Counted from the stretch's first letter, positions 39,943 to 49,813 are shown. The stretch: 64,000 nucleotides of DNA from an uncultured Acidobacteriota bacterium (GCA_963828465.1 CAWHEU010000022.1:160001-224000); one strand, 5' to 3'. The notes: generated from the letters alone by a model not told the origin. A program made the numbers and translations.

Positions 39943-40503
39943 AGGTCGTCCCTGTGTGTCCATGTAGAAGCCAATATCCACATCTCATCGGCCCTGCGAA
40001 CCACCGTCACCATCTCCGATTGCGAACCTTCTCCTCGGAAGGCACTCCGTCGATCCCCATCCAGACAACAAGACAATGATTCGTCCGATCTGAGGATCTC
40101 CGTTTGCACTAAACGGACATCCTCGATGGAAGGTCTCGCTGTGAAGTCCATGGCACCGAAGACTGTCACGCGCCGCGTCCAGCATCGCCTGCGTCCCCAC
40201 CACCTCACGTATCCGGTCCTCGTCCTGGTTGTAGATCCCCTCGAACCACCCGAACCAGAGCGCCCGCAGGATCTCCTCCGCTTCCCCGACCGTGGCGACG
40301 ATGTGGGTGTCTTCGGTGGTTGATGTCGTAGGTGGCGCACTGGTTGTCGTCACAAGAGTTGTCGTGGTCGTCTCGACCGCAATGGGCACAGTTGTAGGAG
40401 GGGGATCTGAGTTCTCCCGAGGCCACAGGGCCCAGATCCCGACTGCCAGACCCACGACGATCAGGCCTGCGACCAGCCATCGAATCACATCACGGTCGAA
40501 CAT
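39900..40503 (-). CDS. Membrane-anchored Thr-rich hypothetical protein, +1 frameshift near 40161
   Basis: TM and Thr stalk in frame 39985-40509, continuing as FGAMDFTARPS...CESELQPVS in frame 39900. Confidence 0.6.
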
Positions 40504-40596
40504 ACGCAAGCCCTGTCCTCAGTTGAAGGGTCTCGTGGTCAGGCCGCGAAAAGTGCCGGTGCCCGTTCTGTATGGTTGAGGATGGAGGTGAAAGAG

Positions 40597-41049
40597 ATGA
40601 CAGACACCACAGTCATCGCAGACAGAACCGACGAAAGCCATGCATTCAGGACCTTGTTCAGGATCCTGTTGGTTGTCGGGATCGTCGCCGCGATCACCAA
40701 GTTCATGTCGGATCGGAGAAGGGACTTCTACGGTCTGACCGAGTCCGAGGCCCGCGCCAAGTTCGAGTCGAAGCTCGGGCCGATCATCGGTGATGACCGT
40801 GCATCCGACGTGGCGGACCAGGTGATCCCCCGTCTCAAGGAAACGGGTGTCCTCATCGAGGACGCGATGGATGACGCCAAGAAGGCCGCTTCCGACGTGG
40901 CGGACAAGGTCGGCGACACTGCAGGCAAGGTTGCCGGCAATGCCAAGAAGGCCGCCTCCAACGCGGCTGACGAGGTTGGCGACGCTGCCAAGAAGGCCGG
41001 CGATTCCGTAAAGGATGCCGCCGAGAAAATCGGGAAGAAGGTCGACTGA
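40597..41049 (+). CDS. Hypothetical membrane protein with Ala/Lys/Asp LEA/YtxH-like repeats
   Basis: GGAGGTG RBS, TM, AKKAA repeats. Confidence 0.7.
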   Translation: MTDTTVIADRTDESHAFRTLFRILLVVGIVAAITKFMSDRRRDFYGLTESEARAKFESKLGPIIGDDRASDVADQVIPRLKETGVLIEDAMDDAKKAASDVADKVGDTAGKVAGNAKKAASNAADEVGDAAKKAGDSVKDAAEKIGKKVD

Positions 41050-41110
41050 CCTGACACCGCTCCGCCGCCGGCGATAGGCCCGCTCAAACCGCGTTGCCTA
41101 CGCTGACCCG

Positions 41111-41692
41111 ATGGAGACCGGGCCTACGATCCGCACCGAGCGCCTGGTCCTCCGAAGGTGGACCGACGACGACCGAGCCGGGTTTGCCGCGCTCAACGCC
41201 GACCCGGAGGTGATGGAGCACTTTCCCGGTGTCCTCACAGCCCAGGAGTCGGACCAACTGATGCAGACGATCGAGCTTCATTTCGAGGAGTTCGGCTTCG
41301 GGTTGTGGGCGGTAGAAACACTCTGGGCGTCGAGGCTCGTTGGCTTCGCCGGTCTTGCCGTCCCGACCTTCCGCACCCACTTCACCCCTGCCGTCGAGAT
41401 CGGCTGGCGCTTCGCCCGGGCCGAGTGGGGGAACGGATTTGCCACCGAAGCCGCCAAGGCAGCACTCGAATTCGGATTCGATCAGGCCGGCTTGGACGAG
41501 ATCCTTAGTTGGACGGTCCCCGCCAACGAGCGATCCCAGGGAGTGATGATCCGACTGGGCATGACCCGCGCTCCCGAGCTGGACTTCGATCATCCCCGGC
41601 TTGGCGACGACGATCGGCTTCGCCGTCACGTCGTGTACCGCATGACCCGCGAGGAGTGGGCGGAACAGGCCGCGTCGATCGCCCCCTCATAA
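41111..41692 (+). CDS. RimJ/RimL-type GNAT acetyltransferase
   Basis: TERLVLRRW, VEIGWR, WGNGFATEAA, NERSQGVMIRLGM. Confidence 0.9.
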   Translation: METGPTIRTERLVLRRWTDDDRAGFAALNADPEVMEHFPGVLTAQESDQLMQTIELHFEEFGFGLWAVETLWASRLVGFAGLAVPTFRTHFTPAVEIGWRFARAEWGNGFATEAAKAALEFGFDQAGLDEILSWTVPANERSQGVMIRLGMTRAPELDFDHPRLGDDDRLRRHVVYRMTREEWAEQAASIAPS

Positions 41693-41735
41693 TTCACCCG
41701 CAGCTATGACCGACGATTCCTAGCCTCGACGGGTC

Positions 41736-42767
41736 ATGTCTTCCCACATCGAATACGTCGACACGCGTACTGCGCCCGAGGAGACCCTCGAAGCGATGCA
41801 TGAGCTGCATCTCGCCTTCGACGAAGAGGTCCTGCCCGGTGATCCACCAGAGCCCGCAGCTCAGCGCCTACTCGACTGGCGTCATCCACTCGATTGCGAG
41901 CGGGTGTCTCATTGGGTCGTGTGGAAAGGCCCCGAGATCGTTGCCACATCCGGTCTCCATGTCGACCTGGTCCAGAACCTGGCGAACGCGTTCGGTTGGG
42001 TCTTCGTGCATCCCCATCATCGTGGATCCGGCTACGGAAGAGCGATAGCGACGGCGATGGTCGACGCTGCCGAGACTGATGGTCGGACCCGGTTGGCCAT
42101 CGGCATCCCCGACGGGCGGCCCGAGGAAGCCCTGGCCAGGCGCGCCGGCATGAAGTCGGCGTATCGGGAAAAGGTGAGCCGTCTGTCATTCGCCGAGATC
42201 GACTGGACGCTCATGGAGTCATGGATGGCACGGGCGGCCGAGCGCGCATCCGATTACGAGCTGTTATTCCTGCCTAGCCCTCTCGACGACCAATACCTCG
42301 AGGCGTACTGCAATTTGATGTTCGTGATGAACTCGGCTCCCCAGGAGGACTACGTCGAGGAAGAGGAAGAGATCATGACACCTGAGATCTGGCGTGACCT
42401 CGAGGGGAAGTACGGCGTGGAAGCGGAACGGGAGATCCTCACCTACGTCGCCCGGCACAAGCCGACTGGCGAGCTGGCCGGATACACGAATGTTGCCTAC
42501 AGACGCCTCCAGCCCGATCTCGTCGAACAGTGGGACACCGGTGTGGACCCCAAACACCGCAACAAAGGCCTCGGGCGTTGGGTCAAGGCCGCCATGGCGC
42601 TCAAACTCCGTGAGACGTACCCGAGTGTGCGCCGCATCGACACCGAGAACGCCGGATCCAACGCGCCAATGCTCGGCATCAATGTTGAGATGGGTTTCAA
42701 GCCGATCCTGATCCAGAATGTTTGGCAGGGTGACCTCGCGGCCATCCGCGCAAATCTTGGGATCTAG
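41736..42767 (+). CDS. Tandem-domain GNAT acetyltransferase
   Basis: VHPHHRGSGYG and TGVDPKHRNKGLG; NAPMLGINVEMGF. Confidence 0.85.
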   Translation: MSSHIEYVDTRTAPEETLEAMHELHLAFDEEVLPGDPPEPAAQRLLDWRHPLDCERVSHWVVWKGPEIVATSGLHVDLVQNLANAFGWVFVHPHHRGSGYGRAIATAMVDAAETDGRTRLAIGIPDGRPEEALARRAGMKSAYREKVSRLSFAEIDWTLMESWMARAAERASDYELLFLPSPLDDQYLEAYCNLMFVMNSAPQEDYVEEEEEIMTPEIWRDLEGKYGVEAEREILTYVARHKPTGELAGYTNVAYRRLQPDLVEQWDTGVDPKHRNKGLGRWVKAAMALKLRETYPSVRRIDTENAGSNAPMLGINVEMGFKPILIQNVWQGDLAAIRANLGI

Positions 42768-42818
42768 CACTGGACCCTGAGCCAGCCTCGACACCTTCGT
42801 ATATTGCCGAGCGCTAGG

Positions 42819-43496
42819 TCAGCCCTCTCCCCAGCCCTGGGCCGACTCGGCGCCCTCGTGTTCGCCCTCGAGGCGGGCCACATAGGCAGCGGCCTCGCTC
42901 CGACGGCTCATTCCCATCTTGGCCAGGAGGTTGGACACGTAGTTCTTCACCGTCTTCTCAGCCAAGAACATCTCATCGGCGATCTGCTTGTTGGTCAGCC
43001 CGTCGGCGATATAGCCGACGATCGTTCGTTCCTGCTTGCTCAGTTTCGACAGGAGAGGATCTTCGTTCGAGCCGTTGCGGAGGCGGGTGAACAGACGCTC
43101 GGTCATATCCGGGTCGAGCAGGGACTCACCGGCGCCCACCCTCCGAATGTCATCGACCAGGTCGGTCATCTTTACTCGTTTGAGGACATAGCCGGAGGCA
43201 CCCGCAAGGATCGCCGACATCAAGGCCTCTTCATCGGCGAACGACGTCAGCATCAACACCTTCACGTCTGGGAATCGGGAGCGGATATCGCGACAGGCCT
43301 CGACGCCACTCCCGTCGGGGAGTCGCACATCCAGGACGACAACATCGGGCTCGTCAAAGCCGACCCGTCGCACCCCTTCTGCCGCGGTTCCCGCTTCACC
43401 CACGACCTCTAGGTCGTCCTCAGCGTCGAGAAGGGCCTTGACCCCGGCTCGGACGATCTCGTGGTCGTCAACCAATAGAACTTTGAGTTTCGTCAT
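42819..43496 (-). CDS. NarL family response regulator, DevR/DosR-like
   Basis: VDDHEIVRAG, LDVRLPDGSG, LTSFADEEAL, GLTNKQIA...FLAEKTVKNYVSNLLAK. Confidence 0.92.
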   Translation of the reverse strand: MTKLKVLLVDDHEIVRAGVKALLDAEDDLEVVGEAGTAAEGVRRVGFDEPDVVVLDVRLPDGSGVEACRDIRSRFPDVKVLMLTSFADEEALMSAILAGASGYVLKRVKMTDLVDDIRRVGAGESLLDPDMTERLFTRLRNGSNEDPLLSKLSKQERTIVGYIADGLTNKQIADEMFLAEKTVKNYVSNLLAKMGMSRRSEAAAYVARLEGEHEGAESAQGWGEG

Positions 43497-43529
43497 CGAG
43501 AAAAACGGTAGCTGTATGGTCGCCGTCCG

Positions 43530-44639
43530 ATGTCCAAGCCAACAGGTGTGCACCGGCTGCCGGAGTTGATCGAGGCGGCGGCAGCCGTCGTTGGGGCGGG
43601 CGATCTGGAGCAGGTGCTCAGAAGTCTCGTGGCAGAGGCGAAGGGAGCGACCGGTGCCAGATATGCGGCTCTTGGCGTCATCGGCGAGCACGGTGTGCTC
43701 ACCGAATTCCTGCATGAGGGTCTCACAGACGAGCAGACGGCCAGCATTGGGGCGCTTCCCACCGGCAAGGGAGTGCTGGGGACGCTGGTGCGGGAGAAGC
43801 GAACCATCCGGCTCCACTCGATCGCCGATCATCCCGACTCGTACGGCTTTCCGCCGAACCACCCGCCGATGCGGAGCTTCTTGGGTGTCCCGGTGGCAGC
43901 TGGCGGCAGAGCATTCGGCAATCTCTATCTCACCGAGAAAGACGGTGGCTTCACCGATGACGACGTAATGCTCGTCGAGGCGTTGAGCCGAATCGCCGGC
44001 TCGGCAGTGACGACAGCACGACTTCAGGAGCGTCTGCGGTCGATCGCGGTCGGCGAGGATCGGGAGAGAATCGCCAGGGACCTCCATGACTCGGTGATCC
44101 AGGATCTCTTTGCGGTTGGCCTCGCCCTCCAGGGGATCGCCGAACGGGTAGCCGACTCCACGGCCGCCTCCACGATCGATGCCTCGGTGGACCGGCTGGA
44201 TGTTGTCGTCGAGTCGCTTCGCGCCTACATCTTCCAGCTCAGAGCGACCAGTGACAGACGTCAACTCGACGACCGACTCCAGGAGCTGGTCTCACGCATG
44301 GGCTCGGCGTATCCGGCGTCGGTGACCCTCGAGATAACCGTCGTACGCCTGCCAAACGGGCAGCTCGAGGACGAGGTCGTCAAGTGTGTCAGCGAGGCGC
44401 TGAGCAATGCTCTCCGTCACTCCGGCGGCGCAGATGTCGAGGTGGTCGTCGATGCCGACCCAGACTGGTGCCGCATTTGGGTGCGTGACAACGGCGCCGG
44501 CTTCGACCCAGCTTCGTCGACGACCGGGATGGGTTTGGCCAATCTGGCTGCTCGGGCCGCCAGCCTGGGCGGACGCATCGATGTGACAAGCAGGCCGGGC
44601 GAAGGTACGACAGTCGACGTGCGACTCCCGATCAGCTGA
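43530..44639 (+). CDS. GAF-domain HisKA_3 sensor kinase, DevS/DosS-like
   Basis: ARYAALGV, HPDSYGFPPNHPPMRSFLGVP, NLYLTEK, ERIARDLHD, DNGAGF, GMGL. Confidence 0.9.
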   Translation: MSKPTGVHRLPELIEAAAAVVGAGDLEQVLRSLVAEAKGATGARYAALGVIGEHGVLTEFLHEGLTDEQTASIGALPTGKGVLGTLVREKRTIRLHSIADHPDSYGFPPNHPPMRSFLGVPVAAGGRAFGNLYLTEKDGGFTDDDVMLVEALSRIAGSAVTTARLQERLRSIAVGEDRERIARDLHDSVIQDLFAVGLALQGIAERVADSTAASTIDASVDRLDVVVESLRAYIFQLRATSDRRQLDDRLQELVSRMGSAYPASVTLEITVVRLPNGQLEDEVVKCVSEALSNALRHSGGADVEVVVDADPDWCRIWVRDNGAGFDPASSTTGMGLANLAARAASLGGRIDVTSRPGEGTTVDVRLPIS

Positions 44640-45090
44640 CAGTGTGGACTGCGATCAATGATTCAGCGAGGCGATCCACCCAGGACTTCACCGTCGATTC
44701 CGCAATGCGTCGCAGGAGGATCCTGTCCACGACTCTGCCCAATTGCCCCAGCGGGGGCTCGTAGGTGCCGTCCATGGTGATCCTGGTCCTGTGGATCCCG
44801 AGGTGGGAGACGACCAGATCGGCGTTCAGCCGGGGAAACAGCTCCTCGGCTCCCACGGCCGACCAGCTCACCGGATAGATGAGACCGGTCCGATGGATCT
44901 GCGGAGAGCCGATCTCGAGCCGCACCTCCTTGGCGAGATTCCCAAAGCCTGGCCCCACCCGGGAACGCAGCTCCTCGCCTTCGCGGTAGGCGAGATCTGC
45001 CAGAGCGCTGAGTTGGGATTCGACGTCGCCGAGCGCACGTTCCACAACCGGCATGGAGAGAGGCACCTCGGCCTCGTAACGGACGAACAT
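44632..45090 (-). CDS. Hypothetical protein (SRPBCC-like)
   Basis: LFPRLNADL...GTYEPPLG; translationally coupled within the operon. Confidence 0.65.
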   Translation of the reverse strand: MFVRYEAEVPLSMPVVERALGDVESQLSALADLAYREGEELRSRVGPGFGNLAKEVRLEIGSPQIHRTGLIYPVSWSAVGAEELFPRLNADLVVSHLGIHRTRITMDGTYEPPLGQLGRVVDRILLRRIAESTVKSWVDRLAESLIAVHTVS

Positions 45091-45551
45091 CAGAGACGGC
45101 CGGGACGGGTCCGGTATGAGAATCCCCGGCCCGAGCTCATGCCGGTGATCTCATCGATACTGACCTCGAGCACGTGGGGGAAGCTGGCCATTGGCTGAAG
45201 GCCACCGGTGCCCAATGGTGAGCCAAGCACCGCCGCGTACTTCTCGAGCAGCATCTCGACAGCGTGGGACGTGGTTGGCTCGTCGGTTCGCTCGACCGCA
45301 GTCCCTTTGACCACGACGCTCACCCAGTCCCCTGATTCATCGTCGAAGCTCGAGACCTCGACGCACACTCTCGGATTGTCCTCGATTGCCTCGAACCGTT
45401 TGCCCGGCTTGGTGCGAAACAGCAGGCGCCGCCCGTCGAGGACGAACGACATCGGTGTTACGTAGGGCTTGCCGTCATCGATCACTCCGAGATGGGCCAC
45501 CATCTCATGCTCGAGAAAGTCGAACGCCTCGGCCTCGCTGATGGACTCCAT
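45090..45551 (-). CDS. Pyridoxamine 5'-phosphate oxidase family (split-barrel flavin-binding) protein
   Basis: PYVTPMSF, FRTKPGKR, NPRVCVEV, WVSVVVKG. Confidence 0.85.
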   Translation of the reverse strand: MESISEAEAFDFLEHEMVAHLGVIDDGKPYVTPMSFVLDGRRLLFRTKPGKRFEAIEDNPRVCVEVSSFDDESGDWVSVVVKGTAVERTDEPTTSHAVEMLLEKYAAVLGSPLGTGGLQPMASFPHVLEVSIDEITGMSSGRGFSYRTRPGRL

Positions 45552-45554
45552 GGC

Positions 45555-45936
45555 TCAACCCGCGTCGTCAGTGACGGCCCACAGGACATCCTTTATCGAT
45601 ATGACACCCAGGACCGCATCACCGTCTACCACCGGGAGGTGGCGAAAGCCGGTGGCGAGCATCCACGCGGCCGCCTCCTCGACTTCCATCTCCGGACCGA
45701 ACGAATCCGGGTACTCCGTCATCCAATTGGTGGCGATGTCGCGATCGAGGTCGGCGTCGTTTGCAACGGCACGGAGGAGGTCGCGTTCGGTGAGGATCCC
45801 TTCGAGTGCCCCATCGACCTCGACGGCCACCGAGCCCACCTCCGTGGCCATCATCGTCTCGGCTGCCTGACGCAACGTTCGCGTCGGGACCGACCCACAC
45901 AACGTCGCCCCCGACCAACTCCCGTACTTGCATCAT
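45555..45936 (-). CDS. CBS-domain protein, +1 frameshift near 45879
   Basis: GGAGG-ATG MMQVRELVGGDVVWVGPDA|TLRQAAETM...GILTERDLL...FRHLPVVD...GVISIKD. Confidence 0.82.
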
Positions 45937-45982
45937 CGAACCTCCATCGTCTCTCCAATGATCGCGACCCTGGATTGTCCGG

Positions 45983-46004
45983 ATTAGGGGCCTTTGCCCC
46001 TAAT
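45983..46004. promoter_or_regulatory. DevR/DosR-type box ATTAGGGG-CCTTTG-CCCCTAAT
   Basis: 8-bp arms; 14/20 match to TTSGGGACTWWAGTCCCSAA; in the divergent CBS/MCO gap. Confidence 0.68.
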
Positions 46005-46037
46005 GGCCATGTCAGGCCTTTCTTACATTCGGGGTGT

Positions 46038-47432
46038 ATGACTCCACAACGTGATGACACGCGGGATCTGTCGCCTGCCCGCGCCTTCGATCGCTTCCTG
46101 ATAATCCTGTCGCTGATCGGTCTGGCGGTGGCCGCACTGGCCGCGATCGTTGCCTTTCGCGGACAGCCGGCTGGTGCAACCGGCCAGGAAGGTGAGCCTA
46201 CCGAGCAACAGATCGTCGAGTACTCCCTGTCGGAATTCGCCATCGACGGCATGGCAGAGATCCCGGCTGGGGCAACGGTGTTTCAGGCCACGAACAACGG
46301 ATCGACCGCGCACAATCTGGCTCTCGAAGGTGGCCCGACCACTCCGGACCTCGCCGCTGGAGACTCGGCGCAACTGGACGTTGGCGAGCTCGCCCCTGGC
46401 TCCTACGTCATCTTCTGCTCGATCGCAGGGCATCGCGAGGCGGGCATGGAGACGACGATCAATGTGGTCGAGGGGGCGGTCGGCCCCGGTGAAGGCGACC
46501 ACGGTGACCACGAGGGCACTGAAGCCGATTGGGCCGAGCTCGACCGCCTGATGGAGGAGTCGATGATGGCGTTTCCCGCCGAGACCGAGGGGGACGGCAA
46601 TCAGCCGCTCGAGCCGACTGTCCTGGCCGATGGCACCAAGGAGTTCCACCTGACCGCGGCGATCACCGACTGGGAGGTCGAGCCGGGCAAGGTGGTCGAA
46701 GCCTGGACGTACAACCGGATGGTGCCGGCACCGAAGATCCAGGTGGACGTGGGGGACAAAGTTCGGGTGGTCGTGGAGAACCAGCTTCCGATGGGCACCG
46801 ATGTGCACTGGCACGGAGTGAAGGTCCCCAACAGCATGGACGGGGTCGCCCCCCTCACACAGCCACTGATCAAACCTGGTGAGAGCTTTGTCTATGAGTT
46901 CACCACCCGGGAGCCGATGGTGGCGATGTACCACGCCCACCATCACGGGCAGATGCAGGTTCCCAACGGGATGTTCGGGACGTTTATGGTCGGCGAGGTA
47001 GCGATGCCCGTCGGCCAGACCATCTCTGGCGTTGAGATCCCGGCCGACCTCGTGGTTTCGCAGGAGATCCCGATGGTGCTGAACGACGCCGGGGTCATTG
47101 GCCTCAGCCTCAACGGCAAGTCGTTCCCGGCCACTCAGCCGTATACCGGCAAGGTGGGGGACTGGGTCGTGGTCCATTACTTCAACGAAGGCCTGCAGAT
47201 CCATCCCATGCACCAACATCAATTCCGTCAGCTGGTGTACGCCAAGGACGGCGTCCCGTTGGACAGTCCTTACTGGATAGACACCCTCAACGTTGCCCCG
47301 GGTGAGCGCTACTCGGTTCTGATGCAGCTGGAAGACCCGGGTGTCTGGGTCTGGCACTGCCACATCCTCACCCACGTGGAGCGAGACGAGGGCATGTTTG
47401 GGATGGCAACCGCTTTCATCGTCGAGGAGTAG
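46038..47432 (+). CDS. Membrane-anchored cupredoxin fused to a two-domain multicopper oxidase
   Basis: TM; HNL...CSIAGHREAGM type-1 site; VHWHG, YHAH, HPMHQH, WHCHILTH...GM. Confidence 0.88.
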   Translation: MTPQRDDTRDLSPARAFDRFLIILSLIGLAVAALAAIVAFRGQPAGATGQEGEPTEQQIVEYSLSEFAIDGMAEIPAGATVFQATNNGSTAHNLALEGGPTTPDLAAGDSAQLDVGELAPGSYVIFCSIAGHREAGMETTINVVEGAVGPGEGDHGDHEGTEADWAELDRLMEESMMAFPAETEGDGNQPLEPTVLADGTKEFHLTAAITDWEVEPGKVVEAWTYNRMVPAPKIQVDVGDKVRVVVENQLPMGTDVHWHGVKVPNSMDGVAPLTQPLIKPGESFVYEFTTREPMVAMYHAHHHGQMQVPNGMFGTFMVGEVAMPVGQTISGVEIPADLVVSQEIPMVLNDAGVIGLSLNGKSFPATQPYTGKVGDWVVVHYFNEGLQIHPMHQHQFRQLVYAKDGVPLDSPYWIDTLNVAPGERYSVLMQLEDPGVWVWHCHILTHVERDEGMFGMATAFIVEE

Positions 47433-47448
47433 GGCTAACTTCCCGCCG

Positions 47449-48174
47449 ATGCTTCGCAAGACCGAATCAGGCGAGCCTGTCGAAGATCTCGTCGGGCTTT
47501 ACATGAGTGACGACCGGAAAACCGATGGCCGGCCGTGGGTGTTGGTCAATTTCATCAGCTCCGCCGACGGGGGAACGGCGATCGCAGGCAAGTCCTCGAG
47601 TCTCGGCGACCCCGATGACAAAGCGGTGTTTCAGGCGTTGAGGGCAGTGCCCGACGTGATCCTGGTCGGGTCTGGAACGGTCGAGGCCGAGAACTACCAA
47701 CCCGTCGCTCTCGACGAGGAGCGTCGGGAGCGAAGAGTCGCGGCCGGCCTCACCGAGGTCCCCGTTCTGGCAATCGTGTCGGGACGGCTGAGCTTCGACC
47801 CCGACGCCCGGGTGTTTTCCGACCCAGAACACCGGCCGATGGTCATCACCGGACCCAACGCCGACCCGGCAAAGCTGGCCATGCTGGGGGATGCCGCCGA
47901 TGTGGTGATACTCGAGGACGTGACACCCGAGGCGATTCTCGCTCGGCTCGGTGCGGCGAAGGTGATTCTCTGTGAGGGTGGGCCCACACTGGTCGGACAG
48001 TTCGTAGCCGAGCACCTGGTCGACGAGCTCGCTTTGACCATCGCCCCCGTCATGATCGGTGGGCGGTCGGCCCGAATCGCACATGGGGACCTCGCCGATC
48101 CTCCGATCGAGATGAACCTGGACAGGCAACTCATCGGCGATCGATCGATTTTTCTGCGATATTTGAAGACCTGA
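47449..48174 (+). CDS. RibD C-terminal/DHFR-family reductase
   Basis: NFISSADG, ILVGSGTVEAENY, LCEGGPTL, VDELALTIAP. Confidence 0.87.
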   Translation: MLRKTESGEPVEDLVGLYMSDDRKTDGRPWVLVNFISSADGGTAIAGKSSSLGDPDDKAVFQALRAVPDVILVGSGTVEAENYQPVALDEERRERRVAAGLTEVPVLAIVSGRLSFDPDARVFSDPEHRPMVITGPNADPAKLAMLGDAADVVILEDVTPEAILARLGAAKVILCEGGPTLVGQFVAEHLVDELALTIAPVMIGGRSARIAHGDLADPPIEMNLDRQLIGDRSIFLRYLKT

Positions 48175-48190
48175 GGCCAAGGGAGAAGCC

Positions 48191-49474
48191 ATGGGACTGC
48201 ATGAGGAGCTCTTCGAAAGACACAAAGCGGTCCTGCCCGGTTGGGCGCCGCTGTATTACGAGCAGCCCATCGCAATCGTCGATGGCGATGGCCGCTATGT
48301 CACCGACGCAGAAGGCAACCAGTATCTCGATTTCTTCGGTGGAATCCTGGTGACCATGTCCGGGTACAAGGTCCCGGAGGTGGTGGAGGCGATCAAGGCC
48401 CAAGCCGACCGGATGCTCCATACCTCGACTCTGTACCTGATCGAGTCCCAGATCGAGCTTGCCGAGAAGATCGCTGGGTTGTCCGGCATCCCCGATGCCA
48501 AGGTCTTCTTCACGAATTCGGGCACCGAAGCCAACGATGCTGCCCTGATGATTGCCACCACCTACAAGAAGTCGAACCAGGTGTTGGCAATTCGGGGCAG
48601 CTATCACGGCAAGTCACACTCCGCGATCGCGGTCACCGGCCAGAAGGCCTGGTCCGGGACCAGTTTCTCGCCATTCCAGGTGACGTATATCCACGGTGGT
48701 TACAAGCTGCGCAGTCCGTTCGGGCACCTTCCCGACGAGGACTTCATCGCGGCATGTGTCGCCGATCTCAAAGACTTGCTCGGCGTAGCCGTCGCCGGCA
48801 GCCCGGCTGTGATGATCGCTGAGCCCATTCAAGGGGTGGGCGGGTTCGTGACACCGCCCGATGGCTTCTTCCGGGCGATGAAGGAGGTCCTCGACGAGAA
48901 CGGCATCCTCTTCATCTCGGATGAGGTGCAGACAGGCTGGGGACGGACCGGCGAGCACTTCTGGGGATACCAGGCCCATGGCATCGTCCCCGACCTCCTC
49001 ACGTTCGCCAAGGGGATCGGCAACGGGCTCAGTATCGGCGGTGTGGTGGCGTCGGCGGAGCTCATGGATTCGTATCCGGCCCTCGGAATCTCCACATTCG
49101 GCGGCAACCCTTTGGCCACGGCCGGTGCGCTGGCAAACCTCGACTATTTGCTCGACAACGACCTGCAGACCAACGCTCTCAAGGTGGGAAACCGGTTGAT
49201 GCAGAGCCTCGTGCCCCTCTCCGAGGAACTGGAAGTGATCGGCGAGGTGCGCGGCAAGGGTCTGATGATCGGCCTCGAGCTGGTGAAACCCGACGGGGCG
49301 CCATCACCGGAAGCGGCATCCGCGGTCCTGGAGGCTGCCAGGGAGGAAGGCCTCCTCATAGGAAAGGGGGGTCTCTACGGAAACTCGCTCCGGCTGGCCC
49401 CACCGCTCTCAATCACCGAGGAAGAAGCCGACGAGGGCTTCGCCCGTCTCGAACGGGCCCTACGCAAAACTTAA
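48191..49474 (+). CDS. Class III aminotransferase (AGXT2/4-aminobutyrate aminotransferase-like)
   Basis: YLDFFGG, NSGTEAN, AEPIQGVGG, SDEVQTGWGRTG, FAKGIGNG. Confidence 0.9.
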   Translation: MGLHEELFERHKAVLPGWAPLYYEQPIAIVDGDGRYVTDAEGNQYLDFFGGILVTMSGYKVPEVVEAIKAQADRMLHTSTLYLIESQIELAEKIAGLSGIPDAKVFFTNSGTEANDAALMIATTYKKSNQVLAIRGSYHGKSHSAIAVTGQKAWSGTSFSPFQVTYIHGGYKLRSPFGHLPDEDFIAACVADLKDLLGVAVAGSPAVMIAEPIQGVGGFVTPPDGFFRAMKEVLDENGILFISDEVQTGWGRTGEHFWGYQAHGIVPDLLTFAKGIGNGLSIGGVVASAELMDSYPALGISTFGGNPLATAGALANLDYLLDNDLQTNALKVGNRLMQSLVPLSEELEVIGEVRGKGLMIGLELVKPDGAPSPEAASAVLEAAREEGLLIGKGGLYGNSLRLAPPLSITEEEADEGFARLERALRKT

Positions 49475-49600
49475 TAGCTACAACGTAAAACGCCTCATGG
49501 GGATAGTTCCCCAAGGGATGATCCCCCTTCCCAGATGACGCCCCGGCGACCCACCATTCGAATGCGTCGTGATGGGCACGACCATCTGGAGGGATCGATA

Positions 49601-49813
49601 ATGAATCTTGCCGTCGGATTTCCTTGTCCAAATTGCGGGCATGAGGAAGCCAATCTCCTGGCGCTCGAGAGGAATCAGTACGCCGAAGTGATCGGCTTCC
49701 GCCTCTCTTGCAACAAATGCGAATCGGTATTCGCCGAGAGCAGACTCACGAGTGAGGAAACGCAGACCTATGTTGCAGCGCAAAACGAGGCAGCCAGATC
49801 ATGGGTTGCCTGA
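49601..49813 (+). CDS. Small Zn-ribbon protein (70 aa)
   Basis: GGAGG RBS; CPNC...CNKC. Confidence 0.65.
   Translation: MNLAVGFPCPNCGHEEANLLALERNQYAEVIGFRLSCNKCESVFAESRLTSEETQTYVAAQNEAARSWVA

Noticed and set aside
42819-44264. 481-aa response regulator with a long N-terminal extension
   Set aside because: The extension is antisense to the kinase gene; the REC domain starts at ATG 43496.
46038-47432. nirK nitrite reductase
   Set aside because: Domain 1 lacks the type-1 Cys (YHAH), and the full set of trinuclear-cluster His motifs is present.
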